Shown piece by piece: positions 37,082 through 47,328 of a DNA stretch of 64,000 bases. Source of the DNA: Candidatus Latescibacterota bacterium (GTDB taxonomy: Bacteria; Latescibacterota; UBA2968; UBA8231); contig OZ241889.1 in NCBI GenBank assembly GCA_965203355.1, positions 4,032,001 to 4,096,000 of the forward strand. Direction: 5' to 3'. The notes under the pieces were generated by a model. That model was not told the origin of the DNA, did not search any database, and worked only from the letters and a program-made list of their open reading frames with translations. The position numbers were made by a program, and so were the translations under genes. The number at the start of each line of letters is the position of its first letter. Position 1 is the first letter of the stretch.

Positions 37082-37639
37082 ATGCTCAGACCCACGCCGG
37101 CTGTCAAGTTCACTTATGAGGACTATCTGCACACCCCGGAGGACCAGCACTACGAGTTGTTGGACGGAGAATTGATCATGGCCCCCGCACCCAACTTAGA
37201 ACATCAGCGAGTTAGCACCCAATTGGGATGGCGCCTCGCTCAATTCGTGGAGGAGAGGGGGATAGGCGAGGTCTTTTTCGCTCCCTGCGACGTAGTACTG
37301 TCGAACACCGACGTAGTTCAGCCAGACTTACTGTTCGTCTCCCGCGATCGAGCGCACCTACTACTCGGCGGCGCACAGGTCCTCGGCGCACCAGACTTGG
37401 TAGTAGAAATCCTGTCGCCCTCCACGGCCGGGCGAGACCGGACGCTCAAACGCGCCCTGTATGCGAAACACCGGGTACAGGAATACTGGCAGGTCGATCC
37501 TGATGCTCGGACAGCGACGGTGCTAAAGCTAGCTGGGGATGCTTTTGAGTTGGTGGGCCTGTACGGCGAAGGGCAGACGCTGAGCTCGCCGACGCTTGCC
37601 GACTTCGCCGTTGATCTGAACGAGATTTTTGGGGTATGA
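37082..37639 (+). CDS. Uma2 family (DUF820) PD-(D/E)XK endonuclease
   Basis: YELLDGEL, HQR, VQPDL, APDLVVEILSPST and K..LY..V.EYW.VD. Confidence 0.92.
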   Translation: MLRPTPAVKFTYEDYLHTPEDQHYELLDGELIMAPAPNLEHQRVSTQLGWRLAQFVEERGIGEVFFAPCDVVLSNTDVVQPDLLFVSRDRAHLLLGGAQVLGAPDLVVEILSPSTAGRDRTLKRALYAKHRVQEYWQVDPDARTATVLKLAGDAFELVGLYGEGQTLSSPTLADFAVDLNEIFGV

Positions 37640-38064
37640 TAAAACCAGGCCCTGCGAATTACCGGCGGCAGATCGCACTATCTTCGAGGCGGCACTCTCG
37701 CACTGTGATCATCGGAGGCAATAAGTCGCCGCACGCTACTCACGACGCTCCCAAACATCCTCGTTGTCTCCTCGAAGAGTATATCCTGCTGCTGATTCCG
37801 CGCCGGGAGACCATTGAGCGCAAAAGCCAAGACGATCTCCCACGCCCCGAATCCTTCCGCTTCATCCGCCACGCTGAATCGACCATAACCCAAGTGCCGA
37901 CGAGATCGTCACCGGGTGCTGTGGGAGAATTGAGTAGTGGTACGTTTTGAGATTTAGCTTTACTCGCGTTAAACGGGTCGCCCCGCTCCGCCTGAACCCG
38001 GCACCGAAAACGCACCGCGACAATTTACGCTTGCAAAACGCACCACTACCGACGCACGGGGCGA

Positions 38065-39642
38065 TTACTCGCAGGAGGCCAGCCCGAGTTTGTCTAAATC
38101 ATGGTTCGGTATCGCTTCCACAGTGGCCGGGATGCACCCCGTCAATTGGTTTTTTCTGAGTTTTAGGATTTGCAGTTTTTCGAGTTTTCCCAAGGCTTCG
38201 GGAATCTTCCCGGTCAACCTATTTCTGATGAGGTTTAGGGTTTGCAAGTTTTCGAGTTTTCCCAGGGCTTCGGGAATCTCTCCCGTCAACTGATTCCCTA
38301 TGAGTTTTAGGGTTTGCAAGTTTTCGAGTTTTCCCAGGGCTTCGGGAATTTCCCCCGTCAACCTATTTCTGATGAGAATTAGGCCCGTGACGCGGCCTTG
38401 GTCGTCGGTGGTTACGCCATGCCATTGGTTCAGCGGGGCGTCGCTGTTCCAGCCGATGCGACTCTCCCAGCCATCGCCGCCCGTAGCCTCATAGAGCGCG
38501 ATCAGCGCGTCCCTATCCGAGGTATCGGTACCAGAATCATCGGCGGTATCGGTATCAGCCGAACAGGCGCCCAGCCCTAGTTGGTCCAAGTCATTGATCG
38601 ATATCGCTTGCAAAGCGGCCGGGATGCACCCCGTCAACGGGTTGTCGCTGAGTAAGAGGACGCGCAGATTTTCGAGTTGCGCTAATTCTTTGGGAATCGC
38701 CCCTGTCAACCCATTGCCTTCGAGGTCTAGCTCTTGCAGGTTTTCGAGTCGCGCTAATTCTTTGGGAATCGCCCCCGTCAACCCATTGCCTTCGAGGTAT
38801 AGCCTTTGCAGGTTTTCGAGTTGCGCTAATTCTTTGGGAATCGCCCCCGTCAACCCGTTGCCGTTGAGATCTAGGAATTGCAGGTTTTCGAGTTGGCCCA
38901 ACTCGGCGGGAATCGCTCCCGTCAACTGGTTCCTTCTGAGTTCCAGGTATTGCAGGTTTTCGAGTTGGCCCAACTCTACGGGAATCGATCCCGTCAGCCC
39001 GTTGTCGTCGAGGGCTAGGGCTAACAAGTTTTCGAGTCGCGCTAATTCTTTGGGAATCGCTCCCGTCAACTGGTTCCTGCAGATTGTTAGGAGTTGCAGA
39101 TTTTCGAGTTGGCCCAACTCGGCGGGAATCGCCCCCGTCAACTGGTTGCCGTCGAGTTCTAGGGCGACCAAGTTTTCGAGTTGGCCCAACTCGGCGGGAA
39201 TCGATCCTGTCAACCCGTTGCCTGTGAGATCTAGGAATTGCAGGTTTTCGAGTTGGCCCAACTCGGCGGGAATCGATCCCGTCAACCCGTTGCCTGTGAG
39301 ATCTAGGAATTGCAGGTTTTCGAGTTGGCCCAACTCTACGGGAATCTCTCCCTTCAACCTGTTCTCGCTTAGGAATAGGCCCTTGACGCGCCCTTGGTCA
39401 TCGACTTTCACGCCATGCCACTGGTTCAGCGGGACGTCCTTACGCCAGCCGCCGCGCTTTCTCCATTTGGCACCGCCCGTAGCTTTGTAGAACGCGATCA
39501 ACGCTTCCCGATCCGAGGGATTGTCGGTAACTTTACCGGCCGGTGCCAACGGAGCCAGTGGGTTCGAAGCGGGGCTTTCCGGCTGGCGATCTCCACAAGC
39601 AAAAAGCAACGAGGCTGCGAGCAGGACGAATAGACTACGCAT
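38065..39642 (-). CDS. Leucine-rich repeat lipoprotein (plant-receptor-type 24-aa LRR, two capped modules)
   Basis: Lipobox LLFAC. Two DR.AL.A.Y.ATGG..W..W.GV caps. 11 + 4 LxxLxLxxNxLTGxIPxELxxLEN repeats. Confidence 0.95.
   Translation of the reverse strand: MRSLFVLLAASLLFACGDRQPESPASNPLAPLAPAGKVTDNPSDREALIAFYKATGGAKWRKRGGWRKDVPLNQWHGVKVDDQGRVKGLFLSENRLKGEIPVELGQLENLQFLDLTGNGLTGSIPAELGQLENLQFLDLTGNGLTGSIPAELGQLENLVALELDGNQLTGAIPAELGQLENLQLLTICRNQLTGAIPKELARLENLLALALDDNGLTGSIPVELGQLENLQYLELRRNQLTGAIPAELGQLENLQFLDLNGNGLTGAIPKELAQLENLQRLYLEGNGLTGAIPKELARLENLQELDLEGNGLTGAIPKELAQLENLRVLLLSDNPLTGCIPAALQAISINDLDQLGLGACSADTDTADDSGTDTSDRDALIALYEATGGDGWESRIGWNSDAPLNQWHGVTTDDQGRVTGLILIRNRLTGEIPEALGKLENLQTLKLIGNQLTGEIPEALGKLENLQTLNLIRNRLTGKIPEALGKLEKLQILKLRKNQLTGCIPATVEAIPNHDLDKLGLASCE
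38110..39387 (-). repeat. 72-bp tandem coding repeats (LRR units)
   Basis: GGTTTTCGAGT/GGAATC blocks recur at 72-nt spacing. Units 2 and 3 differ by one synonymous base. Confidence 0.92.
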
Positions 39643-39865
39643 GGCAAATCCTTTTCGTTGAAAGAGAAGAAGTTGATGGTATGCTTTTTGACATTGACGC
39701 TATGCCCATGTCCTGTTAATCCTTACAACACAAATGAGTTAGTAGCTTAAGAGTGCCGCAAGCGGCGGGATTGTGTCCCAAACTTAACGCTCCGCGCGCT
39801 CTGCTGCAAAACTCTCAACGAGCTGTCAAATGGAAAGGTAGTCGCCCACAAAAAAGGAGCAGACC

Positions 39866-42508
39866 ATGCCTAGCCCAAAATCACTACAACAGCTCTGCCG
39901 CCAAACTTTGCCGCTGATGTTGCAACAGGCGGATGGACAGAAGATGATGGCGGCAGTGCGAGACGTGGTACAGACCGACCGCTGGAATTCATTTGACCGC
40001 TTCGGCGAAACGACCGCCACCCTAACGAATCGCTACGAGGCGGCAGGCGCATCCGTGGAGATCGAATCCATCCAGACCGGAGGGCGGCTGGGATCGGGCC
40101 GGTGGATCATCCGCGAGGCCGCCGATGTGGCCAGCGCGACGGTGGATGTGGTGCATCCAGTCTCCGAGCGAGTACTGGATTGGCAGGAAAATCCTTGGCA
40201 CGTCATCCAGTGGAGCGCGGCAACCCCGGCAAATGGCTTGCGGCTGCGGCTCGTAATTCTCGACCAAATCGAAGATATCCAACGGCAACCAACCGACGGA
40301 CTCGCCGGGGCGATTGTGCTGACCAAGCTAGACCCGCGCGTCCATTTCGCGCGCTTGGCCGCTAAGGGAGCCGCCGCCGTCATCGCCGACCAGCCAGTGC
40401 CCAACCTGCCCAAGGCCGTAGCGTGGACCAAGTTCGGCTGGGGCGCGATTCCCCTCGAACATGCGGCCGCGCGGTTGGTGGGCTTTGCGATCTCTGAGCA
40501 GCAAGGGAAGCGGTTGCGACAGCTAGCGCAGCAGCGCAGCCCCCTAACTCTACACGTCCAAGCCGACATCCGCCGATACGTCGGCAGCCACGACGTGGTC
40601 AGCGGCATCATCGAGGGAGCGGGCGATCCGCAGGACGAGGTATGGGCCATCGCCCACAGCGCCGAGCCGGGAGCCATAGACAACGCTTCGGGCGTGGCCG
40701 CCACCTTGGAGATTGCCCGCGTGATCGAAGGGCTTATCCGAGCGGGCAAACTCGCACGTCCCAAGCGCACCATTCGCCTGCTCAACGCCTATGAGTGCTA
40801 CGGTTTTTTCGCCTATCTAGAGCGGGTGCGGCGCTTGCAAAACCCCTTGGCCGGTGTGTGTATCGACTCGATCGGCGCTCAGCCCGCCGTCTGCGCTGGC
40901 CGGCTGGAGTGGCACGCGACGATCCCCATGTCGGCTGGTTTCGTCGATCGGGTCGGTGCGGCTATCTTGCGGGCCGGAGTGCGGCAACACAAGATGGGCT
41001 ATCGCGTACATCTGGCGCGCTTCACGTCGACGGCCGACACGTTGATCGGCGACCCCCAGTACGGATTTCCCTGCCCTTGGATCACCACGCACCACCGCAA
41101 GAGCGGGCGCGGCTTTGATGCCTACCACTCGTCGGCCGACGTGGAAGCATTGCTCAGCCCGCCGGGGCTGGAGACCTGTGCGGCTTCAATGGCAGCCTAT
41201 CTGTACTACCTAGCCGACATGGGCAGCCGCGAAGTGGAGGAATTGGTCCGCACCGAGACCCAGTACTTTCTCTCCATATTACAACAGAAAAAGCGGCCCC
41301 GCGCCGAAGCCGAATACGTGCGCGAGGCCCATAGTCGCAGCATACGGCGGCTCGCACGCTGGCTCTGGGGAGGCTGTCGGCGCGCGATCTTGGCGGCTAT
41401 GGACGAAAGCGAGCGGCAAATAGCGGGCGCGGCCGCCGAGGCCGCGCTACCGGGCCAGCGAGCGCGGCGCACGGCCCAAGCGCGGCTGGTCCCGCGCCGC
41501 ACGGCTGTGCTCGCGCCCACCGCTGAGAACGCGCCCGCCGCGATCAACGCACGCATCGCAGCCGCACAACTACCGCAGTGGGCGCTGTTTTGGGCCGACG
41601 GACGCCGAAATCTGGGCGAAATCGCCGAGCGCATCGCCTGCGAGGAAGCCGACTATCCGGCCGGGCCACGGATGGAAGGTTCCGTTGCCGTCGATCGAGT
41701 ACGCGAATACTTCGCAGCACATGCTGAGTTGGGCTACGCCGAATTAACCGCCCCGGCTGACATGATCGGCCGCAAGGAACTAGTGCGAGATTTGCGGTGC
41801 TTGGGCGTCGCCCCGGGCATGGATCTGATGGTCCACAGTTCTCTATCGGCCATCGGCTTTGTCGAAGGCGGCGCTGAAACCGTCGTCGATGCGCTCTTGC
41901 AGGCGGTCGGCAAGCGCGGGACCCTGCTGGCCCCTTCGTTCAATCACCGAGCGGCAAAAGTCTTCAATCGGCTGACCACGCCCACGACTAACGGCACCAT
42001 CCCAGACGCGCTGTGGCGGCGCACCAACGCCGAGCGCAGTACGCATCCCACCCACGCGGTAGCGGCGATTGGACCGCGCGCTAACTACTATTGTCAAGGG
42101 CATCTCGAAGCTGGGATTTGGGCGCAAGACAGCCCAATCGGCAAATTGATCCACAACGGCGGCTACATCCTCGCGCTGGGGACGACGCACGACACGAGCA
42201 CGGCCTATCACGTGGCCGAGCGGTCCGTGCCCTGCGGCTGCATTGAATCTTTTGCAATTCCAGACCGCATCGTGCGCGAGGACGGAATTGTAGAAGAGGT
42301 CTTGGGGTTGGCCTTTCGCAGCGGCCCCTGCCCGGTTCCAACCCACAAGCTGGACGCAACCCTCGACCGGAGGAAGTTACAGCGGCGGGGCAAGGTCGGG
42401 CAGGCCGAATGCGAATTGGCGAAGGCCCACGACCTGTGGCAGGTGCGGCGCGAACACCTGCGGCGCGTCTGTCCCACCTGTACCGTCAAGCCCCAAACGG
42501 CGCGGTGA
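39866..42508 (+). CDS. Fusion of an M28/DUF4910-like peptidase domain (with PA domain) and an AAC(3)-family N-acetyltransferase
   Basis: AHS..PGAIDNASG, YECYG and YHSSAD. C-terminal LMVHSSLSAIG.VEGGAETVVDAL, RSTHPTH and YHVAE. Confidence 0.8.
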   Translation: MPSPKSLQQLCRQTLPLMLQQADGQKMMAAVRDVVQTDRWNSFDRFGETTATLTNRYEAAGASVEIESIQTGGRLGSGRWIIREAADVASATVDVVHPVSERVLDWQENPWHVIQWSAATPANGLRLRLVILDQIEDIQRQPTDGLAGAIVLTKLDPRVHFARLAAKGAAAVIADQPVPNLPKAVAWTKFGWGAIPLEHAAARLVGFAISEQQGKRLRQLAQQRSPLTLHVQADIRRYVGSHDVVSGIIEGAGDPQDEVWAIAHSAEPGAIDNASGVAATLEIARVIEGLIRAGKLARPKRTIRLLNAYECYGFFAYLERVRRLQNPLAGVCIDSIGAQPAVCAGRLEWHATIPMSAGFVDRVGAAILRAGVRQHKMGYRVHLARFTSTADTLIGDPQYGFPCPWITTHHRKSGRGFDAYHSSADVEALLSPPGLETCAASMAAYLYYLADMGSREVEELVRTETQYFLSILQQKKRPRAEAEYVREAHSRSIRRLARWLWGGCRRAILAAMDESERQIAGAAAEAALPGQRARRTAQARLVPRRTAVLAPTAENAPAAINARIAAAQLPQWALFWADGRRNLGEIAERIACEEADYPAGPRMEGSVAVDRVREYFAAHAELGYAELTAPADMIGRKELVRDLRCLGVAPGMDLMVHSSLSAIGFVEGGAETVVDALLQAVGKRGTLLAPSFNHRAAKVFNRLTTPTTNGTIPDALWRRTNAERSTHPTHAVAAIGPRANYYCQGHLEAGIWAQDSPIGKLIHNGGYILALGTTHDTSTAYHVAERSVPCGCIESFAIPDRIVREDGIVEEVLGLAFRSGPCPVPTHKLDATLDRRKLQRRGKVGQAECELAKAHDLWQVRREHLRRVCPTCTVKPQTAR

Positions 42509-44667
42509 ATAGGTCGCTCCCTGTTCCGTATGGCCGGCACCTCCAAGGGCAAGACGCGGGGCGCGCCGATGCTGAAGGCCGCGCGCATCTGACCCTGCGC
42601 GGCTTTTGGGTCGGCGCGTTCCTCAGCTTCTTCCTGTCCATTGGCGCACCCTACGCCAACATGGCGATGCGGGCGACCAACATGGCCTTCGACTTCAACA
42701 CGCCAGGGGCCATCTTTCTGTTTTTGGTGCTGGTCGGCTTGCTCAACACGCTCTTCAAGCTCGCCGCCCGCGACTTCCGCCTAGCAGTAGGGCTAGCACT
42801 GCTGGCCACGGGCGGCTTTTGCGGCTATTGGGCCAGCCGCGGCGCGGTCGATTGGTACTCGCCTGGTTTTTGGTTGGGGGCCTTCCTGGCCCTCTCTTCG
42901 CTGTGGAACGTGCCGGTAGTGCAGCGCGGCGGCACCTTCGCGCTCAACCGCGCCGAGTTGGTGCTGGTGTACGCGATGTTGCTGGTCGTCTCCGCCCTTT
43001 GCACTATGGGACTGACCCAGCAACTTTTGCCGGCTCTCACCGGCATTTTCTACTACGCCTCCCCAACCAACCAATGGGCCGAAAAGCTCTTTCCGCTCTT
43101 TCCCGCGCAGCGCATCCTCGTCGATGATGGCACCGGCAACCGCGGCTTTTACGAGGGCGGCGCACTCGCCGACATTCCCTACGCCACTTGGGTCGAGCCC
43201 CTGTGCTGGTGGGCATTCCTGCTCCTCTCCCTGTACGTGGCGATGGTATCGCTGGCCGTGATCTTGCGCCGACAGTGGGTCGAGCGCGAGCGGCTGGCCT
43301 ATCCGCTGACCCAACTCGGGATGGCCATCGTGCAAGGCGAGCGCGGCCCCGGGCTGCTCAACGGCTTTCTCAAGCATGGTGCCCTGTGGTGGGGCGCCGC
43401 CTTGCCGCTCGCGTTCGGCAGTCTCAAGGCCCTGCACCAATACTACCCGTCCTTGCCCAGCTTCGGCCTAATGTGGTCGCTGCCGTCGTTCATCGGCCAG
43501 CAGAGCCTACAAATCTGGATCAGCTTCGCGCTCGTCGGCTTTTCCTATCTCATCAGCACTCAAATAGCGGCCGGCATCTGGATTTTCTATTTGCTCTCCA
43601 AAGTCGAAGCTGAGTTCCTCGCCCTATCCGGCCTTAAATCCACGAGCAAGTTCGTCTATGGGGTCTCGTATGAGCCGCTCTTGGCCTATCAGGGCGGCGG
43701 CGCACTCATCGCCATGGTACTCTTGGGCCTGTGGACGGGGCGCGGCCACTTGCGGGACGTATGGCGCAAGGCCCGTAGCCGCCATGCGGACATCGACGAC
43801 AGCGATGAAATCACGTCCTATCGAGCGGCCGTGCTCGGAGTGTGCTTAGGCACCGGGGGCATCGTCGGCTGGCTGTGGCTGATGGGTACCTCGCTATGGG
43901 TCGGCGCACTCTTTGCGGCGGCAGCCCTATTGGTGTTTATCGGCATCTCGCGGGTCGTGTGCGAAGCCGGCCTAGCGGCCGTGCGCTCGCCCATGATCGC
44001 CCCAGACCTCATCGTGCAAGGCATTGGCTCGCAAACGATCGGAGCCGCTGGCGTCTTCAACCTCTCCTTTGCTTACATCTGGTCGGCCGACATCCGCATT
44101 TTCCTGCTGGCCATGGTCGCCAATAGCTTGAAGCTGATCCAAGACATGGACCGCCGCAGTCGGCGCGTCGTCTTCTGGGCCGTGGTGGCAGCCATCTTTA
44201 TCGGCGCGGTGGGATCCTGCTGGATGGTCTTCCACCTCGCCTACAAGTACGGGGGCATCAACCTCGATAGCTGGCGCTTTCGCGGCGGCCCATCCACCAT
44301 TTACAACGCGGCGCAACGCGCACTAGAGCCAGCCGGAGCCGACTGGTTGGGGCTGACGTTCTTTGCCGGCGGAGCCGTGGTCATGGCCCTGCTGACTTGG
44401 GCGCGGCACCACGTCTTGTGGTGGCCCTTTCATCCAATCGGCTTCCCGATTGGCGCAAACTTCATGCTCGACAAAGTCTGGGCTTGTGTGCTCTTGGCTT
44501 GGGCACTCAAAAAGCTGATCTTGCGTTTTGGCGGGGCGGCACACTATCGGACGAGTCAGCATTTCTTCATGGGGCTTATTATGGGCGAGGCCCTGTGCAA
44601 TGGGCTGTGGCTGGTCATCGACTACTTCACGGGCAAAATTGGCAACGCCGTTTTCATTCTGGGGTAA
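42505..44667 (+). CDS. Polytopic membrane protein, DUF6785/DUF6784-like putative transporter
   Basis: ELVLVYAM, LRRQWVERERLAYPL, RVVCEAG, WWPFHPIGF and RFGG..Y..FFMGLIMGE. GTG start overlaps the upstream stop. Confidence 0.75.
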   Translation: MNRSLPVPYGRHLQGQDAGRADAEGRAHLTLRGFWVGAFLSFFLSIGAPYANMAMRATNMAFDFNTPGAIFLFLVLVGLLNTLFKLAARDFRLAVGLALLATGGFCGYWASRGAVDWYSPGFWLGAFLALSSLWNVPVVQRGGTFALNRAELVLVYAMLLVVSALCTMGLTQQLLPALTGIFYYASPTNQWAEKLFPLFPAQRILVDDGTGNRGFYEGGALADIPYATWVEPLCWWAFLLLSLYVAMVSLAVILRRQWVERERLAYPLTQLGMAIVQGERGPGLLNGFLKHGALWWGAALPLAFGSLKALHQYYPSLPSFGLMWSLPSFIGQQSLQIWISFALVGFSYLISTQIAAGIWIFYLLSKVEAEFLALSGLKSTSKFVYGVSYEPLLAYQGGGALIAMVLLGLWTGRGHLRDVWRKARSRHADIDDSDEITSYRAAVLGVCLGTGGIVGWLWLMGTSLWVGALFAAAALLVFIGISRVVCEAGLAAVRSPMIAPDLIVQGIGSQTIGAAGVFNLSFAYIWSADIRIFLLAMVANSLKLIQDMDRRSRRVVFWAVVAAIFIGAVGSCWMVFHLAYKYGGINLDSWRFRGGPSTIYNAAQRALEPAGADWLGLTFFAGGAVVMALLTWARHHVLWWPFHPIGFPIGANFMLDKVWACVLLAWALKKLILRFGGAAHYRTSQHFFMGLIMGEALCNGLWLVIDYFTGKIGNAVFILG

Positions 44668-44716
44668 TTCTATATTCCTTGACATGGCGAGGGGGTGGGC
44701 CTATCTCTTTTGCGCT

Positions 44717-46006
44717 ATGAATCGACTGATTCTTTTGTTTGCCGCCGCACTCGTCGCCTGTGTCGGCCCCTTCGCCGGCAAGAAGGTCTCGCCTTGGCTT
44801 GCACCGCCTCCCGTGCTCAAAGCCACCTTTTCCAGTGAAGAGGCTGCCGCGCATCTGCTATGGCCCTCGGTGTCTTCAGCGGGCTTTCTCCACAGCGAAA
44901 TCCAGCGCGCCACCGGGCGCGAGTTCGCGACCGTAGCGCGGGTGGAATCCGCAACCGACACCACCTTTACAGACAGCGGCTTATTAGCCAACACCCAGTA
45001 TAGCTACCGAATCGTCAGTTTCTTCGGCGCGGACGAGACCGTCCACAAACTGGTCAGCACGACGGCGGCGGGCGGATTCCACCGCCGCGTTGCAAACTGG
45101 ACACTGGACAAGGGCACGGCCCCCACGCGACTGGCCATTAGCAGCAACGGCACGGTCTTTGTCGTTGGTGTAGGCACCGGGCGCGTCGAGCGCTTCGACC
45201 GCACGGGCCGCGCTTTGGCGGCCTGGGTTTATGCCGTGGAGCCACTGGCCCGTATGGAAACGAGCGCACTGGACGGGCCGGCGCTGGCCCTCGACGACGA
45301 CGATCATCTCTACGTGGTGTACAACCTGCACCGTCCGGGCCAGAAGCCAGAAGCCTTTTGGGCGAAATTTGCCCCAGACGGTCGGCTGTTGTGGACGCGC
45401 CCACTCGCCGGGCTGTTCGCCCGCCACATCGTCATCGACGACGATGCCATCTACATCGAAAGCATCAGCCAATTGCAGCTATTCAACCAAGCCGGTGAAC
45501 AGCAAATTCAGTACGCCATCCCGGCCCTGCTGGTGGCCAGCCTGCGGCTTTGGCAAGGGCGTTTCGCCGCGCTAATTGAGCCGTTGGCCCTGCGCGCTGG
45601 CGATTGGCAGGCACCCCGGCTAGTCGTGTACGACAACCCGCAGCGCGCCGCGGCCAGCCGCGTCATGGGCCGCGATCCTAAATCGCATCAGGACCGCGGC
45701 AATGGGCTTTTGCTGCGGCCCACTGACTTTGCCGTTGATGAAGCCGCGGACCGGGCTTTCGTGGTCAATGCCGGCCACGACCGCATTGAGGTGTTTCAGC
45801 GCGGGGTCTATCTGACGCGATGGGGTGAGAAGGGCGGCGGCGACAACCAATTCCGCTTCACAGGCCGCATCCAAGTGGTCGTCGATATGGCTACGGGCGA
45901 AGAGGACGAGCGCGCGGTGGTGGCCGGCGGCATCGCCCGCGACGCTGAAGGGTTCATTTACGTGGCCGATACCTTCAATGATCGGATTCAGAAGTTCCAA
46001 CCATGA
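44717..46006 (+). CDS. Lipoprotein with an FN3-like domain and an NHL beta-propeller
   Basis: Lipobox LVAC, FTDSGLLANTQYSYRI and IYVADTFNDRIQKF. Confidence 0.75.
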   Translation: MNRLILLFAAALVACVGPFAGKKVSPWLAPPPVLKATFSSEEAAAHLLWPSVSSAGFLHSEIQRATGREFATVARVESATDTTFTDSGLLANTQYSYRIVSFFGADETVHKLVSTTAAGGFHRRVANWTLDKGTAPTRLAISSNGTVFVVGVGTGRVERFDRTGRALAAWVYAVEPLARMETSALDGPALALDDDDHLYVVYNLHRPGQKPEAFWAKFAPDGRLLWTRPLAGLFARHIVIDDDAIYIESISQLQLFNQAGEQQIQYAIPALLVASLRLWQGRFAALIEPLALRAGDWQAPRLVVYDNPQRAAASRVMGRDPKSHQDRGNGLLLRPTDFAVDEAADRAFVVNAGHDRIEVFQRGVYLTRWGEKGGGDNQFRFTGRIQVVVDMATGEEDERAVVAGGIARDAEGFIYVADTFNDRIQKFQP

Positions 46007-46938
46007 AGGCCGTGCTCGCATTCCTATTGCTGGTCTTGCTCGGCAGCGAGGGTCAGGCCCAGCGCCAAGACAAGCGGGCGTACAACCTCTGGACCAAAGA
46101 GAAGATCCGCCATCTCAAGGCCAAGGTCACCATCCATCCCTACAACCCGCAGCTACGAGTCCTCCTCGCCAACGCGTATTTTGACGACGGGCAAAAGTAC
46201 GAAGCCAAAAGGCTGCTGCTTGAAGCCCTCGAACTCGACCCCGACTACGCCGAGGCGCATTGCAATCTCGCCGTCATGCTCCACGGCCAAGGATACGAGC
46301 GCGAGGCCAAGCACCACTACCAAGAAGCCCTGCGGCTGGATTCGCTGATGGTCGAAGCCATGGCTGGACTAGGCACCTTACTCTGCCGCACCGAGCACCA
46401 AGCCGAGGGCCTTGAATACCTCGAAAAAGTCATCGCGTTCCAGCCTGATCACGCCAATGCGCGCTTCAATATGGCCGTGGCGTATCACAAGGTCGGCGAC
46501 TTCAAAAAATCCATCGAACACCTAGAAACCTTGCTGAAGGTCGATTTCAATTATCGCGGGGCGCGCCGCGCGCTGGCCCGCGCTTATTACAGCCTGGGCA
46601 TCTTGCGGTTGCAGGCCCAACAGCCCGAGTTGGCACTCCCCGTGTTGACCAAGGCTGTCGAGCACGAGCAAGACAACGAAAGCATGTTCTTCGCCAAGGG
46701 CCTCGCCCACCTCGACAGCGGCGACCTCGCCGGAGCCGAAGCGGCCTTCAAGCAGGTCATCGCATTGTCCGGCGATCACATCCCCGCCCTGCACAACCTC
46801 GGCGCGATCTGCGAAAAAACCGAGCGCTATGCAGAAGCCATCCAATACTACGACAAGGTCCAGCAGCTAGCCCCACATCTATCGACGATCGAAGCCGTCA
46901 AACACGCCTCGTACGACGTGAATTACCTGACCGAATGA
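46003..46938 (+). CDS. Secreted tetratricopeptide repeat protein
   Basis: Signal peptide. Repeats of ALELDPDYAEAHCNLA and HIPALHNLG type. Confidence 0.9.
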   Translation: MKAVLAFLLLVLLGSEGQAQRQDKRAYNLWTKEKIRHLKAKVTIHPYNPQLRVLLANAYFDDGQKYEAKRLLLEALELDPDYAEAHCNLAVMLHGQGYEREAKHHYQEALRLDSLMVEAMAGLGTLLCRTEHQAEGLEYLEKVIAFQPDHANARFNMAVAYHKVGDFKKSIEHLETLLKVDFNYRGARRALARAYYSLGILRLQAQQPELALPVLTKAVEHEQDNESMFFAKGLAHLDSGDLAGAEAAFKQVIALSGDHIPALHNLGAICEKTERYAEAIQYYDKVQQLAPHLSTIEAVKHASYDVNYLTE

Positions 46939-46940
46939 GT

Positions 46941-46969
46941 TTGACTTTTGTTTAGCTAACGCGTACAAT
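46941..46969 (+). promoter_or_regulatory. Sigma70 promoter of infA
   Basis: TTGACT-17 nt-TACAAT. Confidence 0.7.
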
Positions 46970-47051
46970 TTGGACTCTTTGCGCGCCGCTTTAACAGCTG
47001 CTTTTTCCGTATGTGGCGCGCACATCTCATCATCTCCTTTAAGCGAGAGCA

Positions 47052-47270
47052 ATGGCCAAAGAAGAAGCAATCGAAGTCCAAGCAGTGGTCAAAGAGGCCC
47101 TGCCCAACGGCTACTTCAAGTGCGAGATGGAAAATAGCCACGAGATTATGGCCCATGTCTCCGGCAAGATGCGCAAGTACTACATTCGCGTACTGCCGGG
47201 CGACCAAGTCACCGTGGCCCTTTCGCCCTATGATTTGAGCCGCGGACGCATCACTTTCCGCAATCGCTGA
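47052..47270 (+). CDS. infA: Translation initiation factor IF-1
   Basis: [47 protein letters not shown]. Confidence 0.98.
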   Translation: MAKEEAIEVQAVVKEALPNGYFKCEMENSHEIMAHVSGKMRKYYIRVLPGDQVTVALSPYDLSRGRITFRNR

Positions 47271-47328
47271 GACGCTGCGCGATCATCCAAGCGCCGTCTC
47301 GACAAGCCTCACACCCGACAAAGGTCAC

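Noticed and set aside
38110-39387. Regular repeats that could be taken for a CRISPR array
   Set aside because: They are 72-nt in-frame coding LRR units, with no unique spacers and no cas genes.
38594-39490. 298-aa plus-strand repetitive ORF
   Set aside because: It is the antisense shadow of the LRR gene.
41760-42508. AAC(3) domain as an aminoglycoside-resistance gene
   Set aside because: The family includes many non-resistance members, and this copy is fused and chromosomal with no mobile context.
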